Source: Chrysomallon squamiferum | Lineage: Eukaryota; Animalia; Mollusca | Direction of reading: 5' to 3' | Length of the DNA stretch: 64,000 nt | NCBI GenBank assembly: GCA_012295275.1 | Contig: CM022677.1 | Location: 13,454,001 to 13,518,000, forward strand | Part shown: positions 1 through 12,360 of the stretch, in pieces | Position numbering within the stretch: position 1 is the first letter of the stretch | Layout: each line of letters starts with the position of its first letter | Made by a program: the position numbers and the translations under genes | Notes under the pieces: generated by a model | Database searches by the model: none | Seen by the model: only the letters and a program-made list of their open reading frames with translations | Told to the model about the DNA's origin: nothing

Positions 1-2596
1 TTTTTTTGCCTTGAAAGTGAACACCTTCCAATATTTCTTATGTTTAATGTATTTATTTTTAATGCAGGAAAATTTGCTATGACGTTTAACAAGAACAGAA
101 GTTTAAATGTTTAACAACGAATGTAATGAAAGCTAACAAAGGGTTGAGAAATGGAAAATTATCAGTTAATTTTACTTGAATTATTTCAGTAGCTGTTTTC
201 ATTTGTCGCCAGTAATCTATGTTTAATTACAACGGGAAGGTCTACGTTGTTCAAGGCCACCGAGAGACGTCCTGTCCGTCTCTTTACAATAATCTCTTAC
301 GTCTACAAATCGTGCTGGGGATGGGTATTGAAATTACTTCTTAATTTTATTACACTGAATAAAAATTATCATATAAATCATATTTATTTTTAATCTTCGC
401 TGAATTTACCTATCGATAACAAAATAAGACGCAAGTTTTATAATGTCTGTATATATGAGAAATTAAAATTACATTAATTAGAGATTATCAGTTATATTAT
501 TGAATAAACATGGAATTTCATTCTAGATTAACTTACTTTTCTCAGTGTTTTAAAAAAACAATCTGATATATTCTTAATTATATAATTTGATAAATTTGAA
601 TTTTAGATTAATCATGTACTTTCATATATGGAGAGATGTAAATTGTGTCGCGGAATGTCATGTTACTGCGGTCATAAAACATTCTGACACTGAAAGGTGC
701 ACAGTTAATTTTCAGTAATATCAATACAATAATAAATACAGCATTCATCTAGTACTTCACGCTTTTCTGTTAATAATAAAATAACTGATTATTAAAGACC
801 ATAATTTTTCAGTATATAAGAAGGACATTAATTTTTTGGGAAAAAACAATATAATATTAACATTAATTGTCGTTTATAATAAAATATTTCCTTTTTCTGA
901 GGCCTTGAATTGTTTTTGATAAGAGGACGGATAAATTTCAGATTTGTCATAAACGGCCTGGTTAAATTTTTTCAGGTTTCTAAATAAAGACCAAACAACA
1001 AATTCGGTCAAGGGTTCATTTTTTATATAAAATCTGTGTCCATATGTATATGTCTGTAAAAAAATGTTAAATATCCAATTATTTTCTGAATATGAATGTG
1101 TTTTTTGTAAACAGGTTTCTCAATTTTTAAAATGACCAAACATTAAAAATCTAAAATTCAAGGGTTTTTGTTTTATGATTTTATCACCGAAAATTTATTA
1201 TCCTCAGGAAAAATCTGTTGTTTTCACACGTGTTTGTGTGTGTTCTGTGAAAAAAGTGTTTTCAGAGTGTTTTGATGTCCCATATTTAACCAACACAGTA
1301 TCTTTCTGTATAAAAAACTGTTAAATTATCCAAATTTATTTTTATCTGAATATATTTAGAAAAAATTTGTTGCCTTTTATTGCAGTAAAAATTGCAAAAA
1401 TGTGAAAAAAACAAGGCACTCAGAAAATGAAAACAATTATTTTATTTTGAAAATATCAACAAAATTATAACATCTAAACAACAAGTTCCTTATACCAGTT
1501 CAGGTATTTTGTTTTATTTGATTGAAAATATGAGCGATATAACGTTACTTTGTTTTTTTCAGAAACATTGCCTAAATCAACATTATTAATTATAACATCT
1601 AAAAATTGTCAAGTGTAAAAGAACTAAAAAGAGATAATGACAAAAAGATCAAAGTAACAGGGGATGATCAAAGCAAAGAAATAAAAATTTTTTTCGTAAA
1701 GGGGGCTCTTTTTTTTTTTTTTTTTTTTTTACTATATTAGTTTTCTGAGTAAAGACCAAACTTTAATTTTAAAAGCAAGGATTCATCTTAATATTATCGC
1801 CGAAAAATACAGGAGGAAAATATCAAAATATAAATAGATGAGTATTTTAAAGATGTTCTTTGATTCAAATGGAATTTTTTATATTGAAGACAGCGAGAAA
1901 AATATAATGAGAGAGAGAAAAAAAAATAAGGAAGATGATCTAAGAGAATGAAACAAAAGTGAAACCGAAAAGGTACAAAAAACCAACAACATTCAGTCTT
2001 TTTTCCTGAGACTGTGTACAAACTGATAAAGTTCCTCACTTATTACAATCAATCACTAATCATTCTGCTGTGGTAATACAAAACACAATCTCTTATAATA
2101 CATTTTTAAAGAAAGGCTCAACTTTCGTTATTGTTTTTTTTTGAGATGCCACATCCAAAATATTACTTCATTTCCTGTCAGAGTATGAAGATGTTCATTA
2201 AAAAATAAAAATAATAAAAATTAATATTAAGAAATTAAAATAAAAAGAAATCCGAGTGAAATATTCGATAAAAGAACACCCACACAAACACACATGCACT
2301 TGCACACATTTTGTGTTATGGTTAATCTTTAAACTAACAGGCCTCAGCTTATATTCAGAATTAATTATGAATTACTACACTTTAACCAATATTTTAACTA
2401 GCACTATTTTCAGAAAATATCTAAAATGTGCTCAGAATATATTTTATTTTACTGAATATCAGCTAAATACAATTGTTTACAAAGATTATTATAATCAAAT
2501 ACACTTTAATATCATAAAAGTATCACTATTTTTTTAATTTTATTTATTATTATTATTTTTTTTTTTAATTATTATTATTATTATTTTTTTTTTCAG

Positions 2597-2748
2597 TTTT
2601 TGCTGGGGTTTGTGACGTCAATTAAGCGCTGTGAAGACCGTGATATTGACGTTCCTACAAAAAGTAGCTGAACATTTAGTAAACAAACGTTCGTATTCTT
2701 ATAATCTTTTGAAGTCACTTCATCTGCTGAAACTGATAATTTAATAAG
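2597..2748 (+). other. Putative exon, probably non-coding or decayed
   Basis: Long T tract plus CAG acceptor before 2597 and AG|GTAAGA donor after 2748. All three frames contain stops. Its 3' half resembles 4410-4485 and 9306-9380. Confidence 0.35.
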
Positions 2749-3164
2749 GTAAGAGTTTCTTCACCATGTAAGAAATATCAGATTCTTGTAGCCCTATTCT
2801 TGGAGTATCAAGCGCTCATGCAACAGTACTAGAATAGTTTTGGAAAATTCACTAATCGTAACCAGTCATCCGACAAACGTCAGTCATTTTTTCTTTTTTC
2901 TGTTCCGTATAATTACAATATCAATCCAAGGTTGACTGAGTAGAGATCGGATACATAACTGGTCAATCCTTATCACTTACTAGATGTAAATCTTCTAATT
3001 GTTTGAAGCATAATAGTAATTAATTGATCAAGGAAAGAATATTGTCAGTGCTTGATTAGACAATAAATAATAATTTGGTTCAGTTCGAGATGAATGTTAT
3101 TCACTTTGCTAGTAACTACACATTCTTCTCATCTTTAATTTTACTTAGAGACAAATAATGATTA

Positions 3165-3223
<59 letters not shown>
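3165..3223. repeat. (TAA)n microsatellite
   Basis: Pure AAT run seen directly. Confidence 0.95.
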
Positions 3224-3226
<3 letters not shown>

Positions 3227-3297
3227 TGGAAAATAAATTAGGCAGTTGCTGTTTTAGTTATTATCAGCTGCATTTTACAGTATTTTATTTTCTCCAG

Positions 3298-3356
3298 AAC
3301 CTTCATCTATCAAATCTTTTTTTCAGCTGTTCTGTCATGGTGTCAGTAGCAGTGAG
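3298..3356 (+). other. Putative 59-bp exon of an unidentified transcript
   Basis: tattttattttctccag acceptor and GAG|GTGAGT donor. One frame is open (PSSIKSFFQLFCHGVSSSE). Confidence 0.4.
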
Positions 3357-5856
3357 GTGAGTACTTTTCTTAATTTGTCTTTTGAATGAGAAAGATTTGG
3401 GGCAGTTAATTCTTTTAATTATAATCTTTCTTTGTTTTTCAGTATTTTTTATTGCAATTCTCTTAACTCCAGGTTTACATTTGAACTTTTGTATAAGCAA
3501 TCACTGACTGAAACAAAACAAAAAATAATAAAAAGAAAGAAATAGAAAACTATAGAATTTGAATAAGGAAAAATAACAAAGAAAAAATAAAACATTTTCA
3601 AAAATACGTGATCAAATATGCACAAGATGAACATGTGGTTGCAATGATGGCTTGGATTTCATGTGATGTCTTTCTTGACTTCCATTTGAAAAAAGAAAAT
3701 TAAGTGATGCATAAAACATTCTTATAGCATTGTTGTCTTTCTTATTGTCTTTGTATAGTTATTAAATGTAGCAGTTGTTTAAAAATTAAATTACATTCAT
3801 TTTTACTGAGGGGAATGAGAGAGAACTACATTTGGATGTTTAGTGAATTTTGTACACTGAAACTGTAATATGTATATTTAATATCATACACTGCCTGTTT
3901 TTTCGTCTTTGAGGACAGGTGACAACAAAAGGGAATAAAGTCTGTATTAGTAGTAACAGGTTGCTGTTGATGATGATGATGTTTTGTTCTGGTTATGGAA
4001 ATATTTGAAACTGTCAGCCACTATGTTTATATAACTTTATATTTTCATGATTTTTGTTTTGTACAGTAGGTGCAATGAGAATATGCAAGATTGAATATGT
4101 AACTGTTGCGTTGCAGGTACCAAAATTAAAATATCAAAACACTTTCACACATCTTAATCTGTTTCTCTTTATTTTCTGCGAAAGTTAAGTATTTTCAAAA
4201 TGTTCACACTAGCTAATTCATCTCTGAAAGTAGTGTTTTATATGTGTTCCTTTTTATATTTCTAAATCTTCAGCCAGTTAGTACAGCACTGACAATCAAA
4301 ACAATATAATATTTCAAAAAAATCCACAATTTGAAAAGCTTATAGCATTGTTAAATATGACATTCTAATTTCATTTTTATTTTTAAAATTCTTCATAAAA
4401 AGTTTCTAACGCATTCTAAAAACCGTTCAATGTCACTTCATCTGCTGAGAGTGGTAATTTAATAAGGTAAGAGTTTCATCATGTATATTGTCTCCTTAAT
4501 CTTTGAGTATCTGCAATTTCAAATAATTTTTATTAAATGGTCAAATGATAAAATTACAAAAATATGGAAATTGTTCATTGCTTGCACCCGTTGTCTGCCC
4601 AGGTCTGATATTTTTGAGTCACATAAGGACAGGAAGTGTGCATATCTATTGTTGATGGTTGTTACATGAAAAGACAATATTTGTATAGCCAAATACTATC
4701 ACAAGTGCCATACAGTTTTCAGGTTCATGGCTGTTGAAATTATGATTACCATTGTCTGATGAATAATGTAATCCAGTATAAGAATAGGTGAACAGTTTCC
4801 AGAACCCAAGTGGTCTTTGAGAAATCTGAAACTTTTGTTGCTGAATTTGTATGCTTGATGGTAGATGTCTGAAATGGTTGTCATGGTAACTGTTGTTCTT
4901 GGCAAGGCTGTGTAATTTAACTTTCTTGTCTGTGCTGTTCTGCTTGGTTTTGTTTTGTAGCCGTATCCAAAGAAAGGTGCCGATTTTTTGGCTCCTGGTG
5001 TTTCTTGTTCAACACTGAACAGTGGCTTCTACTTCAGTCAGAGGCTTTTGACTTAAAGTATGAGTTTAGGAGTAATGTAAATATTATATTTAACTTTCAC
5101 TTTTGCATTGTATAACTTTAAACAAATATGTTTTTATTGAACTGAAAGCAACAAAAATATAGGATAATTATTTAATACGCCTTAAAAGAAAAGATTAGAA
5201 ACAAGGTAGACCTTTAATAAAACAATTTATTTATGTCAACTAAATGACTCTTCTGAAAAACTGTACAATTCTAATCAATGATCCCAGAATCATTTCCAGA
5301 AGATTCATAAATGCACATTTTGTAAATATCCATTCTTTGTTTTATCACTGATCAGATGGTTCTGCCAACTTCGACATCTCTTGATACAATTACATCATGA
5401 ACTGGAGAATGTTTTGAGTCTTCTGTCAGTATGTTGCTTCTCTCTGTCTAATATATCTGATAATTTTAACATGCACTTCTGTATGTAATTCATTATTATT
5501 ATTTTTTTTTTCTTTTGTTACTGTCCACAAACATAGTATTGGTATTTTATTACTATTTGAAGATGTTATTTTCTCCTTGCTGAAATGACAGCCAGAAAAA
5601 TCTTGTTTGTCAAAATCGTTGTAAATCATTCCTGTTGTCTTTCATAAAATTCTTCTCCTTCCACTGATAACTCTAAAGATGTGGTGTTCTACTTTATCCC
5701 TGACATTTCATAAAGTGGACACTTAAATATTTGATAATTATTTTAACAATAATTTTAGTCATTTGTTTTTTCCATGTGATCATATTGAAACCAGTGATAT
5801 ACATATTTATATATCATTAACACATTTTTTTTATACTGTTTTATTTTATCTCTTAC

Positions 5857-5928
5857 CTGATGTAGTGGCTTTCCTAGGTGAATATCAGAGCTAGAATTGT
5901 TTTCAGTAATTTCTTGTGAGAAGTAGCC
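5857..5928 (-). pseudogene. 72-bp symmetric exon (GYFSQEITENNSSSDIHLGKPLHQ) of an unidentified gene; the copy near 10838-10909 carries a stop
   Basis: Minus-strand gttttcacag acceptor and CAG|GTAAGA donor. 24 codons, open in copy A; TCA>TAA in copy B. Confidence 0.5.
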
Positions 5929-6497
5929 CTGTGAAAACATATTTAGTGGAAAAGGTAATATGATAATAAACAAGGGAATGGGAAAATGTTCATGCAGATT
6001 TTTGTTATGAACACTCCCTATATGCACTACCTCATAGAAAATTTAAGACTGGCATTCAAAGCAATCATAGCGAAATTTCATATGTTTGTTAAAATTGAGA
6101 CTATAAAACAATACACATTCATTCATCTGTTTTGTTTTTTTAAAGTAATTTTATTATTGATTGGCATCTGAAACAGTGAAAAAGAATAAAATCTCGTTTC
6201 TCATATATTTTCCAGTTTATAGCATAACATCTCAAATTTAATCTTTTCGAAATTTCAGCACATCAATGTTCCCAGTTAATAAAAAAAAAAAATGAATTAA
6301 GATTGTTCCAAGTTTCAGTTTGTAAGTTCCCTATTAATAAGAAAATTGAATTTCAACCATTCAGAATTTCAGTTCTTCAATATTCCCTATTAATAAGAAA
6401 ACAGAATTTAAACTTCAGTATTTAAAATCAGAATTTGAACCAATTTGTCAGTGTTTTTTGATTAGTAAGAAATGTGAATTACTACTGTTCCACTCAC

Positions 6498-6567
6498 TCT
6501 TCCTCATTTTAATCAAGAAGTTTAGCTAATCCAAAAGCTGTGGTCTTCACCTGATTCGGGGTTTGTG
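6498..6567 (-). pseudogene. EGFR: EGFR-family tyrosine kinase activation-loop fragment, copy A (DFG mutated to AFG)
   Basis: Translates QTPNQVKTTAFGLAKLLD*NEE, matching the EGFR motif TPxxVKITDFGLAKLL. In-frame TAA. Flanked by tctttgtacag and gtgagt. Confidence 0.8.
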
Positions 6568-6724
6568 CTGTACAAAGATAAAAAAATAAAATAAATATAT
6601 TATTATTATTATTATTATTATTGTTACTTGTCCAAGGGGTAGATATCCTAGGGTTTGGTTGTCCAGGGCAGATATTACCAACTTCATATAAATATTTTAC
6701 AAATAAATATCTGCATTCTATTAC

Positions 6725-6885
6725 TATCATCACCGTCATCATCATTGCCTCTTTTACATCATCATCACTGCTGTCTTCTACATTATCATCATCATCATCA
6801 ACATGGCATCTTTTACATCATGATCATCATCACTGCCATTTTCTACATCAACATCGTCATCATCATCACCATTATTATTACTATG
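6725..6885. repeat. Degenerate (CAT)n/(TAT)n tract, also at about 11385-11550
   Basis: Imperfect CAT trinucleotide runs that generate the His/Ser/Asp-rich spurious ORFs. Confidence 0.85.
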
Positions 6886-7224
6886 AACATAAGAATAAGA
6901 ACTTTTTGAAACAGTTAAGTTCAGCCATAGCAGCAGAATAAAATATATAATAGAATAGTAAAATATATAGTACAATATATAGATGAATAACTATTTTTAT
7001 TTTTGATCAGTAGAATAAAAACAATAACAGATGATACCAGCTGAAGGAAAACTAATACACCTAGAGTGATGTTCTAAGGCTTCAAATATTGCTCATATCC
7101 TAGTAGCAAAGAAGTTTTTCCAAAATAGAGAAGTAAATATACGACTGATAACAGACTGACTGTTAATATGTCCAGCTGGAAAATTTCGCCCGACTTTCCT
7201 GACTCCGAGACGTGGCAATTTCCA

Positions 7225-7380
7225 TTTCTTGTGTGCTCGAAGATGGTGAATCTTTCAGAACAAACTGGACAATTTATTCTGCTTCTAGACCATCTCAACA
7301 AACAGCTGAGAAAAACCCCTCATGTAAACACGAGTCTTCATGACATTTATCTAAAAGGTCTTCTGAAATTCTTTTGACTT
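7225..7380 (-). pseudogene. Topors-like C3HC4 RING finger remnant, copy A
   Basis: Across one frameshift it reads EDLLDKCHEDSCLHE-xFSCLLRWSRSRINCPVCSERFTIFEH, resembling the Topors RING pattern DxCxHxFCFxCxxxWSxxxxxCPxCxxxF. The first CxxC is missing. Confidence 0.7.
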
Positions 7381-7394
7381 ATCTGATTCAGGCT

Positions 7395-8134
7395 TTGTGT
7401 TGATTCAGCAGTGGTGGTTGATGCTGATGTTGATTACCCTGGTCTTTCTCCACGTAATGTTTCTCTGGAGAAACATTTTGAAGTTTCAGACTGTTGTGTT
7501 GCTTCAGCAGTGTGGGTGATGCTGATATTGATGTCCCCGGTCTTTCTGCTCTGTGATGTTTCTCAAGAGTCACTTTCGGAAGACTTTCGAACTTTTGGAG
7601 TCTTCTCCGGGCATCCATCATCCTCTGCTTTCCGTTTCCTAGATGTTGATGTATCTGGTCCTCCACATGATATTTCTCCAGAGTAACTTTCTGAAATTAT
7701 ATTTTTTGTTGTTTGAACTATTTCTGTTTTTATTTTATTTTTTATTGCAGTAAACTTGATTCAGCAATGGTGAGTTATGCTGATGTTGATGTCCCTAGTA
7801 TTTCTCTTTGTGATGTTTCTCCAGAGTCACTTTCGGAAGACTTTCGAACTTTTGGAGGCTTCTCCGGGCATTAATCATCCTCTGCTTTCCGTTTCCTAGA
7901 TGTTGATGACCCTGGTCTTTCTCCACGTGATGTTTCTCCTGAGTCACATGTTTAGTTTCAGACTGTTGTATTGATTTAGCAGTGATGGTTGATGCTGATG
8001 TTGATGTCCTTTGTCTTTCTCCACGTTATGTTTCTCCAGAGAAACATTTTGAAGTTTCAGGCTGTTGTATTGATTCAGCAGTGGTAGTTGATGCTGATGT
8101 TGATGTCCCCGGTCTTTCTGCTCTGTGATGTTTC
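7395..8134 (-). repeat. ~99-100 bp tandem repeat, coding-like (33-aa Ser/Thr-rich unit), interleaved with an NLS-like module
   Basis: The unit reads ESIQQSETSKCFSGETSRGERPRTSTSASTTTA on the minus strand. A second module at about 7565-7650 and 7822-7908 reads TSRKRKAEDDGCPEKTPKVRKSSESDS. The array runs into the gap. Confidence 0.85.
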
Positions 8135-8334
8135 NNNNNNNNNNNNNNNNNNNNNNNNNNNNNNNNNNNNNNNNNNNNNNNNNNNNNNNNNNNNNNNNNN
8201 NNNNNNNNNNNNNNNNNNNNNNNNNNNNNNNNNNNNNNNNNNNNNNNNNNNNNNNNNNNNNNNNNNNNNNNNNNNNNNNNNNNNNNNNNNNNNNNNNNNN
8301 NNNNNNNNNNNNNNNNNNNNNNNNNNNNNNNNNN
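8135..8334. other. Assembly gap (200 N)
   Basis: Run of N. Confidence 1.
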
Positions 8335-11119
8335 CATAATAATAATAATGACTGTTAAGCAATCAATAATTGAAACAAAACAAAAAATAATAAAAAGAAA
8401 GAAATAGAAAACTATAGAATTTGAATAAGGAAAAATAAGAAAGAATAAAATAAAACATTTTCAAAAATACGTTATAAAATATGCGCAAGATGAACATATG
8501 GTTGCAATGATGGCTTGGATTTCATTGATGTCTTTCTCTACTTCCATTTGAAAAAAGAAAATTAAGTGATGCATAAGACATTCTTATAGCATTGTTGTCT
8601 TTCTTACTGTCTTTGTTTAGTTATGTAATTGTAGCAGTTGTTTAAAAATTAAATTACATTCATTTTTACTGAGGGGAATGAGAGAGAACTACATTTGGAT
8701 GTTTAATGTAATTTTGTATATTGAAACTGTAATATGGATGTTTAATATCATACTGTCTGTTTTTTCTTTCAGTACCAGTTCTGGATGAAAACAAAAACAT
8801 CTCTTTGATGACAGGTGCCAACAAAAGGGAACAAAGTCTGTACTAGTAGTAACAGCTTGTTGTTGATGATGATGCTGTTTTGTTCTGGTTATGGAAATAT
8901 TTGAAACTGTCAGCCCCTATGCTTTATATTACTTTTTATTTTTATTATTTTTGTTTTGTACAGTAGGTGCAAAGAGAATAAGCAAGATAGAATATGTAAC
9001 TGTTGTGTAGCAGGTACCAAAATTAAAATATCAAAACACTTTCAGACATCTTAAATCTTACTCTTTATTTTCTGCGAAAGTTAAGTATTTTCAAAATGTT
9101 CACACTAGCTAATTCATCTCTGAAAGTAGTGTTTTATATGTGTTCCTTTTTATATTTCTAAATCTTCAGCCAGTTAGTACAACACTAACAATCAAAACAA
9201 TATAATATTTCAAAAAAATCCACAATTTGAAAAGCTTTCAGCATTGTTAAATATGACATTCTAATTTCATTTTTATTTTTAAATTTCTTCATAAAATGTT
9301 TCTAACGCATTCTAAAAACCGTTCAGTGTCACTTCATCTGCTGAGAGTGGTAATTTAATAAGGTAAGAGTTTCATCATGTATATTGGATAGAGGATCCTT
9401 GTCTCCTTAATCTTTGAGTATCTGCAATTTCAAATAATTTGTATTAAATGGTCAAATGATAAAATTACAAAAATATGAAAAGTAATCATTTATAATGATT
9501 ATTAAACCCACTGGAAATTTTTCATTGCTTGCACCCGTTGTCTGCCCAGTGCTGATATTTATGAGTCACATAAGGGCAGGAAGTGTGCAACCTGTGAATA
9601 TCTATTGTTGATGGTTGTTAGATGAAAAGACAATATTTTTATAGCCAAATACTATCACAAGTGCCATACAGTTTTCAGGTTCATGGCTGTTGGTATTAAA
9701 ATTATGATTACCATTGTCTGATGAATAATGTAATCCAGTATAAGAATAGGTGAACAATTTCCAGAACCCAAGTGCTCTTTGAGAATTCTGAAACTTTTGT
9801 TGTAGAACAAGATTGCTGAATTTGTATGCTTGATGGTAGATGTCTGAAATTGTTGTCATGGTAACTGTTGTTCTTGGCAAGGCTGTGTAATTTAACTTTC
9901 TTTTCTGTGCTGTTCCACTTGGTTTTGTTTTGTAGCCGTATCCAAAGAAAGGTGCCGATGTTTTGGCTCCTGATGTTTCTTGTTCACCACTGAACAGTGG
10001 CTTCTACTTCAGTCAGTTTAGGAGTAATGTAAATATTATATTTAACTTTCACTTTTGCATTGTATAACTTTAAACAAATATGTTTTTATTGAACTGAAAG
10101 CAACAAAAATACAGGATAATTATTTAATACGCCTTAAAAGCAAAGATAAGAAACAAGGTAGACCTTTAATAAAACAATTTATTTATGTCAACTTAAATCT
10201 AACATTGAAAAATGACTCTTCTGAAAAACTGTACAATTCTAATCAATGATCCCAGAATCATTTCCAGAAGATTCATAAATGCACATTTTGTAAATATCCA
10301 TTCTTTGTTTAATCACTGATCAGATGGTTCTGCCAACTTCGACATCTCTTAATACAATTACATCATGAACTGGAGAATGTTTTGAGTCTTCTGTCAGTGT
10401 GTTGCTTCTCTCTGTCTAATATATCTGATAATTTTAACATGCACTTCTGTATGTAATTCATTATTATTATTTTTTATTTTTTTATTTTGTTACTGTCCAC
10501 AAACATAGTATTGGTATTTTATTACTATTTGAAGATGTTATTTTCTCTTTGATGAAATGACAGCCAGAAAAATCTTGTTTGTCAAAATCGTTAATTGATG
10601 TAAATCATTCCTATGTTGTCTTTCATAAAATTCTTCTCCTTCCACTGATAACTCTAAAGATGTGGTGTTCTACTTTATCCCTGACATTTCATAAAGTGGA
10701 CACTGAAATATTTGATAATTATTTTAACAATAATTTTAGTCATTTGTTTTTTCTATCTGATCATATTGAAACCAGTGATTATACATATTTATATATCATT
10801 AACAAAATTTTGTGTACTGTTTTATTTTATCTCTTACCTGATGTAGTGGCTTTCCTAGGTGAATTTCAGAGCTAGAATTGTTTTCAGTAATTTCTTGTTA
10901 GAAGTAGCCCTGTGAAAACACATTTAGTGGAAAAGGTAATATGATAATAAACAAGGGAATGGGAAAATGTTCATGCAGATTTTTGTTATGAACACTTTCA
11001 CTATATGCACTACCTCATAGAAAATTTAAGACTGGCATTCAAAGCAATCATAGCGAAATTTCATATGTTTGTTAAAATTGAGATTATTAAGAAATGTGAA
11101 TTACTACTGTTCCACTCAC

Positions 11120-11189
11120 TCTTCCTCATTTTAATCAAGAAGTTTAGCTAATCCAAAATCTGTAATCTTCACCTGATTCGGGGTGTGTT
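11120..11189 (-). pseudogene. EGFR: EGFR-family kinase DFG fragment, copy B
   Basis: Translates HTPNQVKITDFGLAKLLD*NEE, with an exact VKITDFGLAKLL and an in-frame TAA. Flanked by AG and GTGAGT. Confidence 0.85.
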
Positions 11190-11219
11190 CTGTACAAAGA
11201 TAAAAAAATAAAATAAATA

Positions 11220-11280
<61 letters not shown>

Positions 11281-11909
11281 GGTGTTACTCGTCCAAGGGG
11301 TAGATATCCTAGGGTTTGGTTGTCCAGGGCAGATATTACCAACTTCATATAAATATTTTACAAATAAATATCTGCATTCTATTACTATCATTACCGTCAT
11401 CATCATTGCCTCTTTTACATCATCATCACTGCTGTCTTCTACATTATCATCATCATCATCATCATGGCATATTTTACATCATGATCATCATCACTGCCAT
11501 TTTCTAAATCAACATCGTCATCATCATCACCATTATTATTATTACCATGAACATAAGAATAAGAACTTTTTGAAACAGTTAAGTTCAGCCATAGCAGCAG
11601 AATAAAATATATAATAGAATAGTAAAACATATAGTAGAATATATAGATGAATAAATATTTCTATTTTTGATCAGTAGAATAAAAAAAAATAACAGATGCA
11701 TACCAGCTGAAGGAAAACTAATACACCTATAGTGATGTTGTAAGGTTTCAAATATTACTCATATCCTAGTAGAAGACAAAATTCTATTAGCAAAGAAGTT
11801 TTTCCAAAATAGAGAAGTAAATATACGACTGATAACAGACTGACTGTTAATGTGTCCTGCTGGAAAATTTCGTCCGACTTTCCTGACTCTGAGACGTGGC
11901 AATGTCCAT

Positions 11910-12065
11910 TTCTTGTGGTGTGCACGAAGATGGTAAATCTTTCAGAGCAAACTGGACAATTTATTCTGCTTCTAGACCACCTCAACAAACAGCTGAAAAA
12001 AACACTCATGTAAACATGAATCTTCATGACATTTATCTAAAAGGTCTTCCAAAATTCTTCTGGCT
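11910..12065 (-). pseudogene. Topors-like RING finger remnant, copy B
   Basis: Reads LEDLLDKCHEDSCLHECF(frameshift in a T7 run)FSCLLRWSRSRINCPVCSERFTIFVH. Confidence 0.72.
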
Positions 12066-12081
12066 TATCTAATTGAGGCTT

Positions 12082-12360
12082 TGTGTTGATTCAGCAGTAG
12101 TGGTTGATGCTGATGTTGATGTCCTTGGTCTTTCTCCACGTGATGTTTCTCCAGAGAAACATTTTGAAGTTTCAGACTGTTGTATTGATTTAGCAGTGGT
12201 GGTTGATGCTGATGTTGATGTCCCTGGTCTTTCTGCTCTGTGGTGTTTCTCCAGAGTCACATTTTGAAGTTTCAGACTGTTGTGTTGCTTCAGCAGTGGT
12301 GGTTGATGCTGATGTTGATGTTCTTTGTCTTTCTCCACGTGATGTTTCTCCTGAGTCACT
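12082..12360 (-). repeat. ~99-100 bp tandem repeat, about 3 units
   Basis: Equivalent positions recur at 12088, 12187 and 12287. Confidence 0.9.

Larger units (their letters stand above)
3494..8134 (+). repeat. Segmental duplication unit, copy A
   Basis: Colinear with 8355-12360 (for example aaacaaaacaaaaaataataaaaagaaagaaatagaaaactatag at about 3510 and 8373). ORF pairs 4699-4905/9602-9880, 6509-6745/11131-11406 and 7074-7301/11755-12027. Roughly 95% identical by eye, with indels. Confidence 0.95.
8355..12360 (+). repeat. Segmental duplication unit, copy B
   Basis: Colinear with 3494-8134. It lacks about 360 bp present in copy A at about 6100-6460. Confidence 0.95.

Noticed and set aside
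1-2590. AT-rich start of the window with short imperfect repeats (about 1066 and 1320) and two short ORFs
   Set aside because: No recognisable motif, termini or coding signal.
6621-6975. His-, Ser- and Asp-rich ORFs (also 11279-11630)
   Set aside because: They are translations of a degenerate CAT repeat that is open in several frames on both strands.
8026-8362. Poly-X ORFs here and at 29732-29985 and 49378-49734
   Set aside because: They run through N gaps.
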